The notes: a model not told the origin generated them from the sequence alone. DNA of 63,139 nt, filler included, from Parachlamydiales bacterium (GCA_020051075.1; 4 parts of 4 records of this genome joined end to end with filler, not necessarily neighbours in it); one strand, 5' to 3'. Shown: positions 9,346 through 18,734, counted from the whole stretch's first letter. A program made the numbers and translations.

Positions 9346-9963
9346 ATGAAACAAAAATTAGCGATATACCTGGCTGGAACGATCAAGAAAGAGCATGAAA
9401 ATCTGGATGAATCTTTTTGGACAGAAGAAGATATGCGTATTTTAAGCGATCATCTTCCAGAGTTCGACGTATCTTATTTAAATCCTGCCTTGAGATCCGA
9501 CGATCTCTCCGATCAATTTTCTGTATTTGGGAGAGACATGCTGCAGGTGTTTTGTAGCGACATCGTCTTTGTCGATGCGAGAGAGCGCCGTGGGCTTGGA
9601 GTGGGAGCTGAAATGATGTGGGCCAAATTAAATAAAATCCCTGTGATTGTGTGGGCTCCGCAAGATACTCATTATCATAAAAGCAATGCAACAGTTTTGG
9701 GAGTGCCTGTAGCAAATTATGTGCATCCCTTTGTGGCAAGTTTGAGCGATGCAATGGTTCGAGATATGGTGGAGGGAGCACATTCGATTAGAGCGCTTAG
9801 ATCTAATCCGCAGGACGGGATAAAAGGAAGAGAGCATATTGAAGCGGCGATGAAGCATTATCAGTCGACTCAGCTGGAAAATGACGAGCCGATGCAGCAA
9901 ATCATCAACACTCACGATGCCCTCAGACATCGAATTCAGCATCGTCTGTTATCGCTTTATTAA
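9346..9963 (+). CDS. Nucleoside 2-deoxyribosyltransferase / nucleotide N-glycosidase-like protein
   Basis: IYLAG, LNP, FGRD...SDIVFVD and GVGAEMMWA pattern of the NDT/RCL(DNPH1)/MilB fold. Confidence 0.65.
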   Translation: MKQKLAIYLAGTIKKEHENLDESFWTEEDMRILSDHLPEFDVSYLNPALRSDDLSDQFSVFGRDMLQVFCSDIVFVDARERRGLGVGAEMMWAKLNKIPVIVWAPQDTHYHKSNATVLGVPVANYVHPFVASLSDAMVRDMVEGAHSIRALRSNPQDGIKGREHIEAAMKHYQSTQLENDEPMQQIINTHDALRHRIQHRLLSLY

Positions 9964-10010
9964 ACGCTAAATCTCCAACACCTCCTGCTACAAACTTCTC
10001 AGCGCTCAGA

Positions 10011-10193
10011 GTGGTTCATAGCTTCTATTAAACGCAAAGACGCGAAGTCTCAGAGGCGCAAAGGAGCGAATAGTTAAATTGGAAATAGACCAAGAAATTC
10101 AGATGGAAAACGATGAAAGAATTAGTTTTATATCTTTCCCTTCTTTGTCTCCGTGCCTTTGCGTCTTTGCGTTTAATAGAAGCGATGAACCAC
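10011..10193. repeat. Family E palindromic element (AACGCAAAG units)
   Basis: 33-bp arms 10011-10043 and 10161-10193 (1 mismatch); half copies near 4365 and 51137. Confidence 0.8.
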
Positions 10194-10320
10194 CGCGCAT
10201 CACAAATGCTTATATCCTTAAATCTTGCTTCCTTCTTCTTTGCCGTATAACAATTTTATTGCAATCATTGAGAGGAATGTGATAGTTATTCAAATAATTT
10301 ATTGCAATACAGGTGCATTG

Positions 10321-11799
10321 ATGAGTTCTCGTTTTTGGACCAGATTCCTTTGGATGGCGCTATTTCTAGCCACCACTATGATGAACACAATTGTTGGAGT
10401 CATTCCCCCAGAATTGCAAAATCTATCTTATGGGATATATCCGAATAGCCTCGAATACAATACTGCGCGGTTTAATTTTAACAAGCGCTTTAATATTTTC
10501 CCCCAAGCCATCTTTGCCCCCACCACTAATGATGAGCTTATTTATGTGATGCAGAATATTAAAAAGTTTGACCTTTGTTTTTCTGTAAGATCCGGGGGGC
10601 ATTGCTTTGAACCTGGGTCTTTATCTTCGAACTATGTTGTCGACCTGAGCAATTTCAATTCCATTATTCCAAATTTGATGCAAGGCGAGGTTTACATTGG
10701 AGCAGGATGTTTGCTGAAAAATGTCATAGCGGCATTGGGTGCGTTCGATTACGCGATTCCAACCGGAACTTGTCCATCCGTTGGAGTGACAGGGTTAACC
10801 TTGGGAGGGGGGATAGGACTTCTTAACCGTTATCTCGGACTTACCTGCGATTCAGTTAAAAGTATCACATTTCTGACGGCAGATCTTGAAATCATAGAAG
10901 TCAATGAGGCCAATGATCCCGACTTGTTTTGGGCACTTCGCGGGGGAGGAAACGGATCGTATGGAATCGTCCTTGGATTTACCTTTAACATGCATTACAT
11001 CCCTGAAGTCACCTTCTATGAGCTGATTTGGGAATGGGATTATGATAAGATTATTCCTATCATGAAAGCTTGGCAATTATGGGTAAACAATTTGCCTGCG
11101 AATATTTCGTCTACACTGGGGATACGCCATCCTAACTTTATGTGTTCACATCCGGAAGAGACACCGCCTTTAGTCATACGGGTTTTTGGCCTTAAAGTGG
11201 GGCCAGGTGATTTTACAGAATGGGAGAAAGCCTTTAAAGATCTCAAGCCTTCGGTTAGAACAATTCATGGGCGGTATATTGATACTGTAAAATTTTGGTC
11301 TTTTGAATCTGATCTTCCTTTTAATAAACTCAAGTCAAGAATACTCATGAAGCCCGTGACAAGAAACGTGATGAGAGGAGTGAGAAAATTTTTTATCAAT
11401 TTAGAAAAACACCACGACAACTTTTTGGCTTATTTCAATTTTGAAGCTTTTGGAGGAAATCTTCCATCCTTTCATACGGCATTTTTCCCAAGAGATGCCT
11501 TTGCGTGGTGGGAACAAGCTTATTATTGGGCACGTGAAACTCAAAATGAAGAAGTGTTAACCCTTAGCCGTAAGTTCTATGCACAGATTCCCAAGGAGGT
11601 ATCGCAATATTGCTATGCAAATATTGTCGATTACGACCTTGGAAAACGGTATCTGAAAGCGTATTATGGAGACCATGTCGATCGCCTGATCAAAATTAAG
11701 AATAGGGTTGATCCGACAAACCTCTTTCGCTGGAAGCAGAGCATTCCCTTAAAGAAAAGGCACTCCCACCCTTACGGCATCTTATTATCCAAGCTGTAA
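10321..11799 (+). CDS. FAD-binding oxidoreductase, berberine-bridge-enzyme-like
   Basis: RSGGH, GTCPSVGVTGLTLGGGIG, DLFWALRGGG, C-terminal YANIVD...YYG...DPTNLF. Confidence 0.9.
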   Translation: MSSRFWTRFLWMALFLATTMMNTIVGVIPPELQNLSYGIYPNSLEYNTARFNFNKRFNIFPQAIFAPTTNDELIYVMQNIKKFDLCFSVRSGGHCFEPGSLSSNYVVDLSNFNSIIPNLMQGEVYIGAGCLLKNVIAALGAFDYAIPTGTCPSVGVTGLTLGGGIGLLNRYLGLTCDSVKSITFLTADLEIIEVNEANDPDLFWALRGGGNGSYGIVLGFTFNMHYIPEVTFYELIWEWDYDKIIPIMKAWQLWVNNLPANISSTLGIRHPNFMCSHPEETPPLVIRVFGLKVGPGDFTEWEKAFKDLKPSVRTIHGRYIDTVKFWSFESDLPFNKLKSRILMKPVTRNVMRGVRKFFINLEKHHDNFLAYFNFEAFGGNLPSFHTAFFPRDAFAWWEQAYYWARETQNEEVLTLSRKFYAQIPKEVSQYCYANIVDYDLGKRYLKAYYGDHVDRLIKIKNRVDPTNLFRWKQSIPLKKRHSHPYGILLSKL

Positions 11800-13286
11800 C
11801 TATTCAGACGCACTCTAGCTCGCATTTCAGCTGTACGTGTGAGGACCCAAGCAGAAAACAGCGCTGTGATGAACCAGGTCCAGCGGACTCCCTTGGCTAA
11901 ATCGAAGGATTGAACCTCTTGCGATATATTTCCGATTAAGATGATCCCCAGCAAAGCAGGAGCAATATACTTTAAACAGAAGGTATAAGGGCGCAAACGG
12001 TTTCCTTTCATCCAAACAGAATCATTCTTGATTTCCCGCGATGCATATTGAAAGACGATGATCAATGCCAATCCGCCGATCAACATATTCGTTCCCATGA
12101 CCATAGGGACTAAAGCATCAATCAAGTGAGAGGCATTTCCCATGCAGAACAACATGGCAATCATTGTCACCGCAAAAATTGTGGCGGACACAGCTCGTTT
12201 GCGAGAGGTCTGAAATTCAACCTCTATATTCCCTGCAATACTTTCGACGATCGAAAAAACTCCTGTTATTCCAGCAATGAAAATGCAGAAGAAGAAAATA
12301 ACCCCGACCAGTTGTTCTAAAAATGGTCCGAAAAATTTCAATATGTGCGGGAAGACAATGAATCCGATCTCGAACGTTGAGTCACTCGTCAATATGGATT
12401 CAAACGGGATCTGTTGTATATAGCTGACGTGCGCTAAGCAGCCGAAGATGACAGATCCGGCAATAAATGAGACTGCAAAGTCGCCTAAAGCGACATACAT
12501 CATCGCTTTTGGAACATTGATTGTTTTACCGGTGTGCCGAGAATAGCCTACAACGATCCCTAAGCCCAATGACAGGCTGAAAAACAGCTGTCCAAAGATA
12601 TCTCTCCACAGTCCAGGATCGGACAATTTTGTGAAATCGGGCTTCAAGTAATAATACCAGCCATCAATCCCACCAGGCAGGAAATTCACTATAATGGCGA
12701 ATACAGTCATGATGACAACAAGCAAAGGCATAAAAACGGAGCAAATGCGCTCTATTCCATCTCTGACATTTCTCGATAATACAAACCAGGTCACCACCGC
12801 AACAGCTATCGTTGAGATGAAGATGGGGATCGAGAGCTGTCCAAAATCTCCAATGCCTGATGTTGTCTTCAGGAAGGAATGAATAAAAAAGCTCTTCGCA
12901 TCTTCAGGAATGGCATTGACAGCAGAAAAATAGGTATAAGCGACGGAATAGCCAGTTAAAACGATATAAAATCCACCAATAGACAAGCAAGCCAGCACAG
13001 CGAGCCATCCCAATGTCTTTCCAGCCCTTCCCCAAACACTGCCATAAGCTGACACAAGAGGAGATTTCATCCGATGGCCAATGATCCCTTCTAAAATCAG
13101 TAAAGGGACGCCTAAGATGAACAGAGCCATGCAGTAGGGGATGAGGAAGGCTCCGCCGCCATTTTTGTATACTTGCGCGCTAAAGCTGAGGATATTGGCA
13201 AATCCAACGGCAGATCCGATTAATGACCAAATAAACCCTGCCTGACTTCGCCATGTGGTGTCAGCACTATTTTTATTGTTCGACAT
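11772..13286 (-). CDS. Sodium-dependent transporter, NSS/SNF family (probable amino-acid symporter)
   Basis: GSAVGFANI, NGGGAFLIPY, QLFFSLSLGLG. Confidence 0.92.
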   Translation of the reverse strand: MSNNKNSADTTWRSQAGFIWSLIGSAVGFANILSFSAQVYKNGGGAFLIPYCMALFILGVPLLILEGIIGHRMKSPLVSAYGSVWGRAGKTLGWLAVLACLSIGGFYIVLTGYSVAYTYFSAVNAIPEDAKSFFIHSFLKTTSGIGDFGQLSIPIFISTIAVAVVTWFVLSRNVRDGIERICSVFMPLLVVIMTVFAIIVNFLPGGIDGWYYYLKPDFTKLSDPGLWRDIFGQLFFSLSLGLGIVVGYSRHTGKTINVPKAMMYVALGDFAVSFIAGSVIFGCLAHVSYIQQIPFESILTSDSTFEIGFIVFPHILKFFGPFLEQLVGVIFFFCIFIAGITGVFSIVESIAGNIEVEFQTSRKRAVSATIFAVTMIAMLFCMGNASHLIDALVPMVMGTNMLIGGLALIIVFQYASREIKNDSVWMKGNRLRPYTFCLKYIAPALLGIILIGNISQEVQSFDLAKGVRWTWFITALFSAWVLTRTAEMRARVRLNSYSLDNKMP

Positions 13287-13463
13287 ATGAAACCCTTATA
13301 CAAATTCTAGTTAAAAAAAACACTTAAGCAATGTGAGCACCTAAGGTGCATAATACTTCAATATGTTCTTGCAAGCGTTGCAAGTAAAACTATTCGCAGA
13401 AGAAGCGGTTTGCTCATTCATGAAATAGGGAAAAATGATTCAACAAATAATGAGAATTTAGCT

Positions 13464-13580
13464 TTATAAGCTAAGAAGGAAAAGAGAGAGAAGGGGTAGA
13501 GACAAGGCACAAAAAGAACTCGACGTGGATTTAGAAGGTATTGATTGCTCAAATACTTTTGTAGAATTAATAGTAGACAT
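13464..13580 (-). CDS. 38-aa Ser/Leu-rich small ORF (candidate leader peptide or small membrane peptide)
   Basis: MSTINSTKVFEQSIPSKSTSSSFCALSLPLLSLFLLSL*, preceded by AAGGAG; below the ORF-track size range. Confidence 0.45.
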   Translation of the reverse strand: MSTINSTKVFEQSIPSKSTSSSFCALSLPLLSLFLLSL

Positions 13581-13649
13581 AGCCTTAAACTCCTTAATTT
13601 AGCTCCTGAATTATACTAGTTTATTGCTATTTTTGTCTACACATTTTTT

Positions 13650-14717
13650 TTATTCTAACAGATAAGCTTCCAGAAGAGTTGCGCATTGTTCCAAACTTTT
13701 TTGATGGGTAATTTCATATCCATGAGTGTTTTCAACAGGAAAACAGAGTAATGCCGCTTTAGCTGTCTGCCCTCTGCTGTAAGCTAGAGAGGCATCAGAC
13801 CCATAGCCTTCCCATATGGCACATTGTGGTTCCAGGCCAAGAGTCTTTCCTAAGAACATCAGCCTGTCGCTGATTTCTTTATCGTATAACGCAACAGAAT
13901 CTTGATAGACAACAATTGGGGAGGGGCTGAGTACAGTTTGATATTCCTTGGCGACAGGACCAACATCGACAGCAAGTGTGATTTCTCCTGGGAGGGTGCG
14001 CGCAGCGTAGGAAGCTCCATGGGCTCCAATTTCTTCGGAACAGGTAGCCACAAAGTAAATATCTCTCTTAGGCTTCCTTTTGCTTGAGTGCATTTTTTTC
14101 AATGCTGTTAAAGCAATGAAGATAGCGGCTCGATTATCCAAAAAATAGCCAGCTACGCAATCTTCGAAGAGATGTAGTTGACGCCTCGATTGAGCAATGA
14201 CCACTCGTGTTCCTGGGTGAACTCCTGCATCTTTAAGTTCGCTTGGAGTTTTTCGAGTCACAACAGTCACATCAGCCCAAACGGGGGTTTTACCCTGACC
14301 TCTGTTTTCTTCGGGGACCATTTTATTAATCGTGGGAGATTCTTTCGAAGTATGCATGCAGCCAAAAGAAAGGACTCCGGAAGAGAGTTCATTATCCCCT
14401 AAAATATCTACAGGGCCCTGTCCAAACGTGAAGGGGAAAATCCCTCCTAACGGGTTGACTCTAAGGGAGCCGTCTTCATTAATTCTCTTGACAATCAGTG
14501 AAAGCTCGTCCATGTGTACCATGACGCGTATCGCTTCAAGATTTTTTTCACTTCCTGAAATTTTACCAATCACATTTCCTGCAGGGTCAATCCAGGTGTC
14601 ATCCACGAGAGATTTGAGTTGTTTATGACACAACGTACGCACTTCATCTTCTTCTCCAGAAGGACCTCGAGCACTCACTAATGCTTGCAATAGCTTGATG
14701 TTTTCTTCACTTTTCAT
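13650..14717 (-). CDS. M42 family metallopeptidase
   Basis: GPSGEE, VHMDE, FLDNR, SEEIG, VDVG, GSDA, NTHGYE; start set at MKSEEN overlapping trpS end. Confidence 0.88.
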   Translation of the reverse strand: MKSEENIKLLQALVSARGPSGEEDEVRTLCHKQLKSLVDDTWIDPAGNVIGKISGSEKNLEAIRVMVHMDELSLIVKRINEDGSLRVNPLGGIFPFTFGQGPVDILGDNELSSGVLSFGCMHTSKESPTINKMVPEENRGQGKTPVWADVTVVTRKTPSELKDAGVHPGTRVVIAQSRRQLHLFEDCVAGYFLDNRAAIFIALTALKKMHSSKRKPKRDIYFVATCSEEIGAHGASYAARTLPGEITLAVDVGPVAKEYQTVLSPSPIVVYQDSVALYDKEISDRLMFLGKTLGLEPQCAIWEGYGSDASLAYSRGQTAKAALLCFPVENTHGYEITHQKSLEQCATLLEAYLLE

Positions 14718-15987
14718 GCGATGATTCTCCTGTGGGTCGATGCCTTCCAAAATAAGGATCGAAATGAAAACCTAGATGCTGTTCATCATGAGAATGATCA
14801 ATAGATTCCCTAGAGTGACGTGAACGATCAAAATCGCGATGAGGGTTCATAAATAATTCAACTATTTCATCAGTGATGAGGGCGCGTGCTTCTTGATGCT
14901 CTTTTACAACCTCCCAGATCACTTCAGTCACTCTTTTTTTAATCTCTGAAGTCATCATTCGTCCTGACTGGTACTCGTGGGCGATATGTTTTAGTTCAGC
15001 ATCATCATCAAGAAAATAGAGCAGGTAATGATAAGGGACATCAACAGCAAGATTAGCTCCTTTTTCAATGTGCTCTTGTTTTGTCATCCCTCCGCCTGAA
15101 AAAGCTTTTTCACGAATTTTCTTAGCCACGGTTTCGCGGGGGTCGTTCATAAAAATGACCTCTTTTTCTCCAGTAGAGCTGGCTTTGTCGTGGGCTTGTT
15201 CGAGGCTGGGAAGAAAACGGGATTGAATCGTCGCAGGCTTTTTAAAACCGAGCTTCTGACCAATTTCACGGGCCATTTTAAAATACGGGTATTGATCTAT
15301 CGCCATAGGAACCAGGCAGAATATCTGCTCCCCTTTGAAGATATTGTCAAAAGAGGTGCTGAAAGCTGGGGCAGCTTGAAAACAAGGCCAGCTGAATTGA
15401 CCGACGCTGTTGTTGTAGTCCAACCCATAAATTCCATGAATCATATTTCCTGACGTCTGCTTCATGATCAGCACAATATTGCGATAGAGGGACCCTCCAA
15501 CCGTTTCCAAATTAGAAAAAATCCAAGTTTTCTTTGGATTGAATCCGCAAGCGATAATATCTTTCGCATTTTGTCGAGTCAGCCGGTTAGCTTCTTCGAG
15601 GGAAAGAGAATCTTTGAAGTAGTATTTTTCATCATCAGTCATCTGAACGACTACAATGGCGTTGAAGGCCTCTTGGAGATATTTTGTGAACATGAAAGGG
15701 ATCATATGTCCGAGATGCAGCGATTCAGAGCTTGGCCCTCGGCCTGTGTATAAGTAAATTTCTTCTCCACGCTCATATGCATCAAGGGCAAGATCGAGAT
15801 CTTTGTGAGAGAAGAAGATTCCACGGCGCAACCATGGATGCGCGTGCATTTTCGTCACTTTTTCAAAACGACGTATTAATTTCCCATCGATAGGTTGACA
15901 ACCAAATTGGTTGATCAATTTCAAATAATCAATCCCTGTTGTCGATGTTACTTCCCAAGGGGTAATTTTTGTATTTTCTTCCATCAT
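14707..15987 (-). CDS. trpS: Tryptophanyl-tRNA synthetase, eukaryote/archaea type
   Basis: LYTGRGPSSESLHLGH, QMTDDEK, AIDQ, AFSGG, GRMMTSEIK. Confidence 0.92.
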   Translation of the reverse strand: MMEENTKITPWEVTSTTGIDYLKLINQFGCQPIDGKLIRRFEKVTKMHAHPWLRRGIFFSHKDLDLALDAYERGEEIYLYTGRGPSSESLHLGHMIPFMFTKYLQEAFNAIVVVQMTDDEKYYFKDSLSLEEANRLTRQNAKDIIACGFNPKKTWIFSNLETVGGSLYRNIVLIMKQTSGNMIHGIYGLDYNNSVGQFSWPCFQAAPAFSTSFDNIFKGEQIFCLVPMAIDQYPYFKMAREIGQKLGFKKPATIQSRFLPSLEQAHDKASSTGEKEVIFMNDPRETVAKKIREKAFSGGGMTKQEHIEKGANLAVDVPYHYLLYFLDDDAELKHIAHEYQSGRMMTSEIKKRVTEVIWEVVKEHQEARALITDEIVELFMNPHRDFDRSRHSRESIDHSHDEQHLGFHFDPYFGRHRPTGESSHEK

Positions 15988-16122
15988 TAAATCCTGCTGT
16001 CTCTCTTGAAAACTAAGTGATGACTTGTCATAATGCTATTGGCTTCCGGTAAGCCAGAAGGTGGATTGTACCACAATGATGCCATTGTCAGAAAGGCGAA
16101 ATCATAACAAGATGGGGAGAGT

Positions 16123-16524
16123 ATGAAAAAAATAGCATGGGAAAAATCACCACAGAAATTAATCGATAGCTTTTATCATGTCATGGAGTCATTTCCAGAT
16201 GCTGAATTACGGAAAATGTTTGGCTATCCCTGTGCATTTTTTAATGGAAATATGTTTGTAGGATTACATGAAGACAATTTAGCGGTAAGACTTGATGTTG
16301 AGGAACGTGAAAAGGCATTGCAAGAGGGGTGGGGGAATGTATTTGCTCCTATGGCTGGCAGAGTTATGAAAGAATATGTCGCGCTCTCGGAAGAAATGAT
16401 TAATAGCAAAGATGATTTGAGAGAAGTGATTGAAAAATCATTTAATTACGTTAAAACTATCCCAGCAAGGATAAAGAAAGAAAAAACCAAATCGATCTCA
16501 AAAAAGAAGATATTATTTAAATAA
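16123..16524 (+). CDS. TfoX N-terminal domain-like protein
   Basis: RKMFGYPCAFFNGNMFVG and GRVMKEYV. Confidence 0.8.
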   Translation: MKKIAWEKSPQKLIDSFYHVMESFPDAELRKMFGYPCAFFNGNMFVGLHEDNLAVRLDVEEREKALQEGWGNVFAPMAGRVMKEYVALSEEMINSKDDLREVIEKSFNYVKTIPARIKKEKTKSISKKKILFK

Positions 16525-16568
16525 TACTATTAGGTATCATAAGTCGAATCAATATAAGGTAAAATAAA

Positions 16569-16937
16569 ATGTCGAATGAAAGACTTACTTCTTTAGGGGT
16601 ATCGTTAGTTGGTTCAATGATGGTAGCCATTGTTGCTCGAAATACTTATTCAATGGCACCTCAAGTTTTTTTAGTTTCAGCGGTTGCGGGCTTCATCTTT
16701 GGTGTGATTTCCAGTCTATGCATTAATTTCAGACTCCCTAAACTTGGGCATTTCATCTATCCGCTGGGTATCGGTTTTTCGGCAATAACATCTCTTGACA
16801 TGTTCGGTCGATTACATGGAAGCATCATTGGCAATTGGGAATTTTTCCAGAATCGAGTCATTAGCAATGTAGGAGCAGTTACAGGTTTTACAGCAGGTTT
16901 TCTTTTAGGACACGTTGCTCTCAACTGCCAAGGATAA
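16569..16937 (+). CDS. Hypothetical small membrane protein
   Basis: Four hydrophobic stretches; AAGG upstream of ATG. Confidence 0.6.
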   Translation: MSNERLTSLGVSLVGSMMVAIVARNTYSMAPQVFLVSAVAGFIFGVISSLCINFRLPKLGHFIYPLGIGFSAITSLDMFGRLHGSIIGNWEFFQNRVISNVGAVTGFTAGFLLGHVALNCQG

Positions 16938-16951
16938 TTGCCCTGGAAGTC

Positions 16952-17275
16952 TTAATCTACAAAATTCTGTAACATCTTGGTGATATAGTTGTTTAGGCTT
17001 TCTCCTTGAAGCTGAGCGGCAAGAGACAGCTTGGCGTGCAAGTTAGGAGGGATGCGTAGATTGAACTTCCCTGAAAATGGTCTCTCCGGTTCTTCATCCC
17101 TTTCCTTGCAAAAAGCAAGATAGTCATCGACAGAATCTTTAAATGCTTGTTCTATCTCATCAACAGTTGTTCCCTGGAAAGTGACCACATCTTTAATGCC
17201 AAGCACTTTTCCATGAAAGATTTTAGCCTCATCATCATATTCAACATGACCTGTATAGCCTTTATATTTCATCAT
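16952..17275 (-). CDS. hicB: HicB family antitoxin
   Basis: MKYKGYTG, FKDSVDDYL, PFSGKFNLRI, SLNNYI. Confidence 0.92.
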   Translation of the reverse strand: MMKYKGYTGHVEYDDEAKIFHGKVLGIKDVVTFQGTTVDEIEQAFKDSVDDYLAFCKERDEEPERPFSGKFNLRIPPNLHAKLSLAAQLQGESLNNYITKMLQNFVD

Positions 17276-17313
17276 GGTTTTGCTTCTAGTGTGCGCTGGT
17301 GTTTCTTGTTCAT
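17272..17313 (-). pseudogene. hicA: HicA toxin remnant with near-complete internal deletion
   Basis: MNKKHQRTLEAKP*: HicA-like N-terminus joined to final KP*, with ATGA overlap onto hicB retained. Confidence 0.7.
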
Positions 17314-17498
17314 ACCTTTGTAGTACCAAATTTTAGTATTATCGTCAAATTCAGATATAGCAAAAATCAAAAAGGAGTCAATAAGTTCGCCGTCAGTTCC
17401 TATTTTTTCACCGTCTCATCTCATTCCTGGACAGCTAAATTCTTACGCTGTAACCTGTATCTGACCTAGATTAAGATATTTTAAGGAAATCATTGCTC

Positions 17499-18137
17499 AT
17501 GGAGAAACTCATTGCAGGCATTCACAAGTTTCGGAAGGAAGAGCTTGGGAGGTATCAGAGGTTATTCCACCGCCTCTCGCGAGAAGGGCAAAATCCTCAC
17601 ACACTATTCATTACCTGTTCCGATTCACGGGTATTGGCGGAGTTAATCACACAAAGCCAACCGGGCGATCTCTTTGTTGTGAAGAATGTCGGCAATATTG
17701 TTCCTCCTGCCGATGTTCGTGGCAGCACGAATTCAACAGCTGCTGCCATCGAATTTGCCGTGCAAACGCTTGGTGTCAGCGATGTGGTCGTTTGTGGGCA
17801 TTCGTTATGCGGAGCGATGGCAACATTGCTGTGCGGCATACCTGAGGATGAGGCAATGCCGCATTTGCATGACTGGCTTGAATTGGCATCGCCGGTGAGG
17901 AAGCTCATCGAGAATGACTATGGGCATCTCACCGACCACGATGCACGTACAACCGCCGCTGCGGAGGAGAATGTGCTGTTCGCTCTAGAAAATCTGCATA
18001 CCTATCCAGTGGTGGCAAACCGATTAGCAGAAGGGACGCTTCGCCTGCATGCGTGGTTTTTCAAGATTGCAACTGCCGAAATGTTTGCTTACGACCCTTC
18101 GATTCAGCAGTTTCTGCTTATCGAAAGCCAGACATAA
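17499..18137 (+). CDS. Beta-class carbonic anhydrase
   Basis: CSDSR and GHSLCGAM zinc ligands, NVGNIVPP. Confidence 0.93.
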   Translation: MEKLIAGIHKFRKEELGRYQRLFHRLSREGQNPHTLFITCSDSRVLAELITQSQPGDLFVVKNVGNIVPPADVRGSTNSTAAAIEFAVQTLGVSDVVVCGHSLCGAMATLLCGIPEDEAMPHLHDWLELASPVRKLIENDYGHLTDHDARTTAAAEENVLFALENLHTYPVVANRLAEGTLRLHAWFFKIATAEMFAYDPSIQQFLLIESQT

Positions 18138-18145
18138 CTGCAATT

Positions 18146-18542
18146 TCAACTAGAGGCCGGTAGAGTCAATAAATTTTGCATGATTGCCTCATCATAGAGA
18201 GCATCAGCTGCAATATTGCCTCGCAGCCTTGTTTGATCTGATAATACCGCTACAGTGACACCATGAGCTAAGAAAGCGGCGAAGTGGGCAGAGCCTAAAG
18301 AGGATGCACCATTATGTTCCACAATTCCGTCGTGGTAAAATTCTCTACCATATTTTTCTAACAATTGATGTAAAGAGGTTGCTTGTTTCGGATCCTCTTG
18401 TTGATACTGTCTGCAAATGAATACCCCAAATTTATTTAGATCTTTAGCTGTTAGCCAGTACCCTCCAGCGGGTCCACCATATACATAACTATTGGGGTCA
18501 TTAGGATCATAGTGGGCACCTGCAGGGGCTTTCTCTGCAAAG
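18146..18542 (-). CDS. Serine hydrolase (beta-lactamase-like) C-terminal part, truncated by contig end
   Basis: Open frame to the contig edge: PAGGYWLTAKDLNKFG ... HNG ... VTVAVLS. Confidence 0.65.
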
Positions 18543-18642
18543 NNNNNNNNNNNNNNNNNNNNNNNNNNNNNNNNNNNNNNNNNNNNTTAATTAATTAANN
18601 NNNNNNNNNNNNNNNNNNNNNNNNNNNNNNNNNNNNNNNNNN
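18543..18642. other. Artificial contig spacer
   Basis: N-run + TTAATTAATTAA + N-run, 100 nt. Confidence 0.99.
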
Positions 18643-18734
18643 ACAGCGGGCAAATGCGTTTGAGAGTTATTATGAAGTATGTGTATAATTGTAAATTATT
18701 AAAATTAGGTGTATTATGTTAGCTTAACGCGTAT

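Noticed and set aside
15987..16085. Short minus-strand ORF MASLWYNPP... upstream of trpS as a Trp attenuator leader
   Set aside because: Single Trp codon, no clear SD, and it overlaps a TG-N-TACAAT extended -10-like promoter sequence.
18543..18642. TTAATTAATTAA palindrome within N-runs (also 28218-28317, 53217-53316)
   Set aside because: Artificial six-frame-stop linker used to concatenate contigs; ORFs running into it are artefacts.
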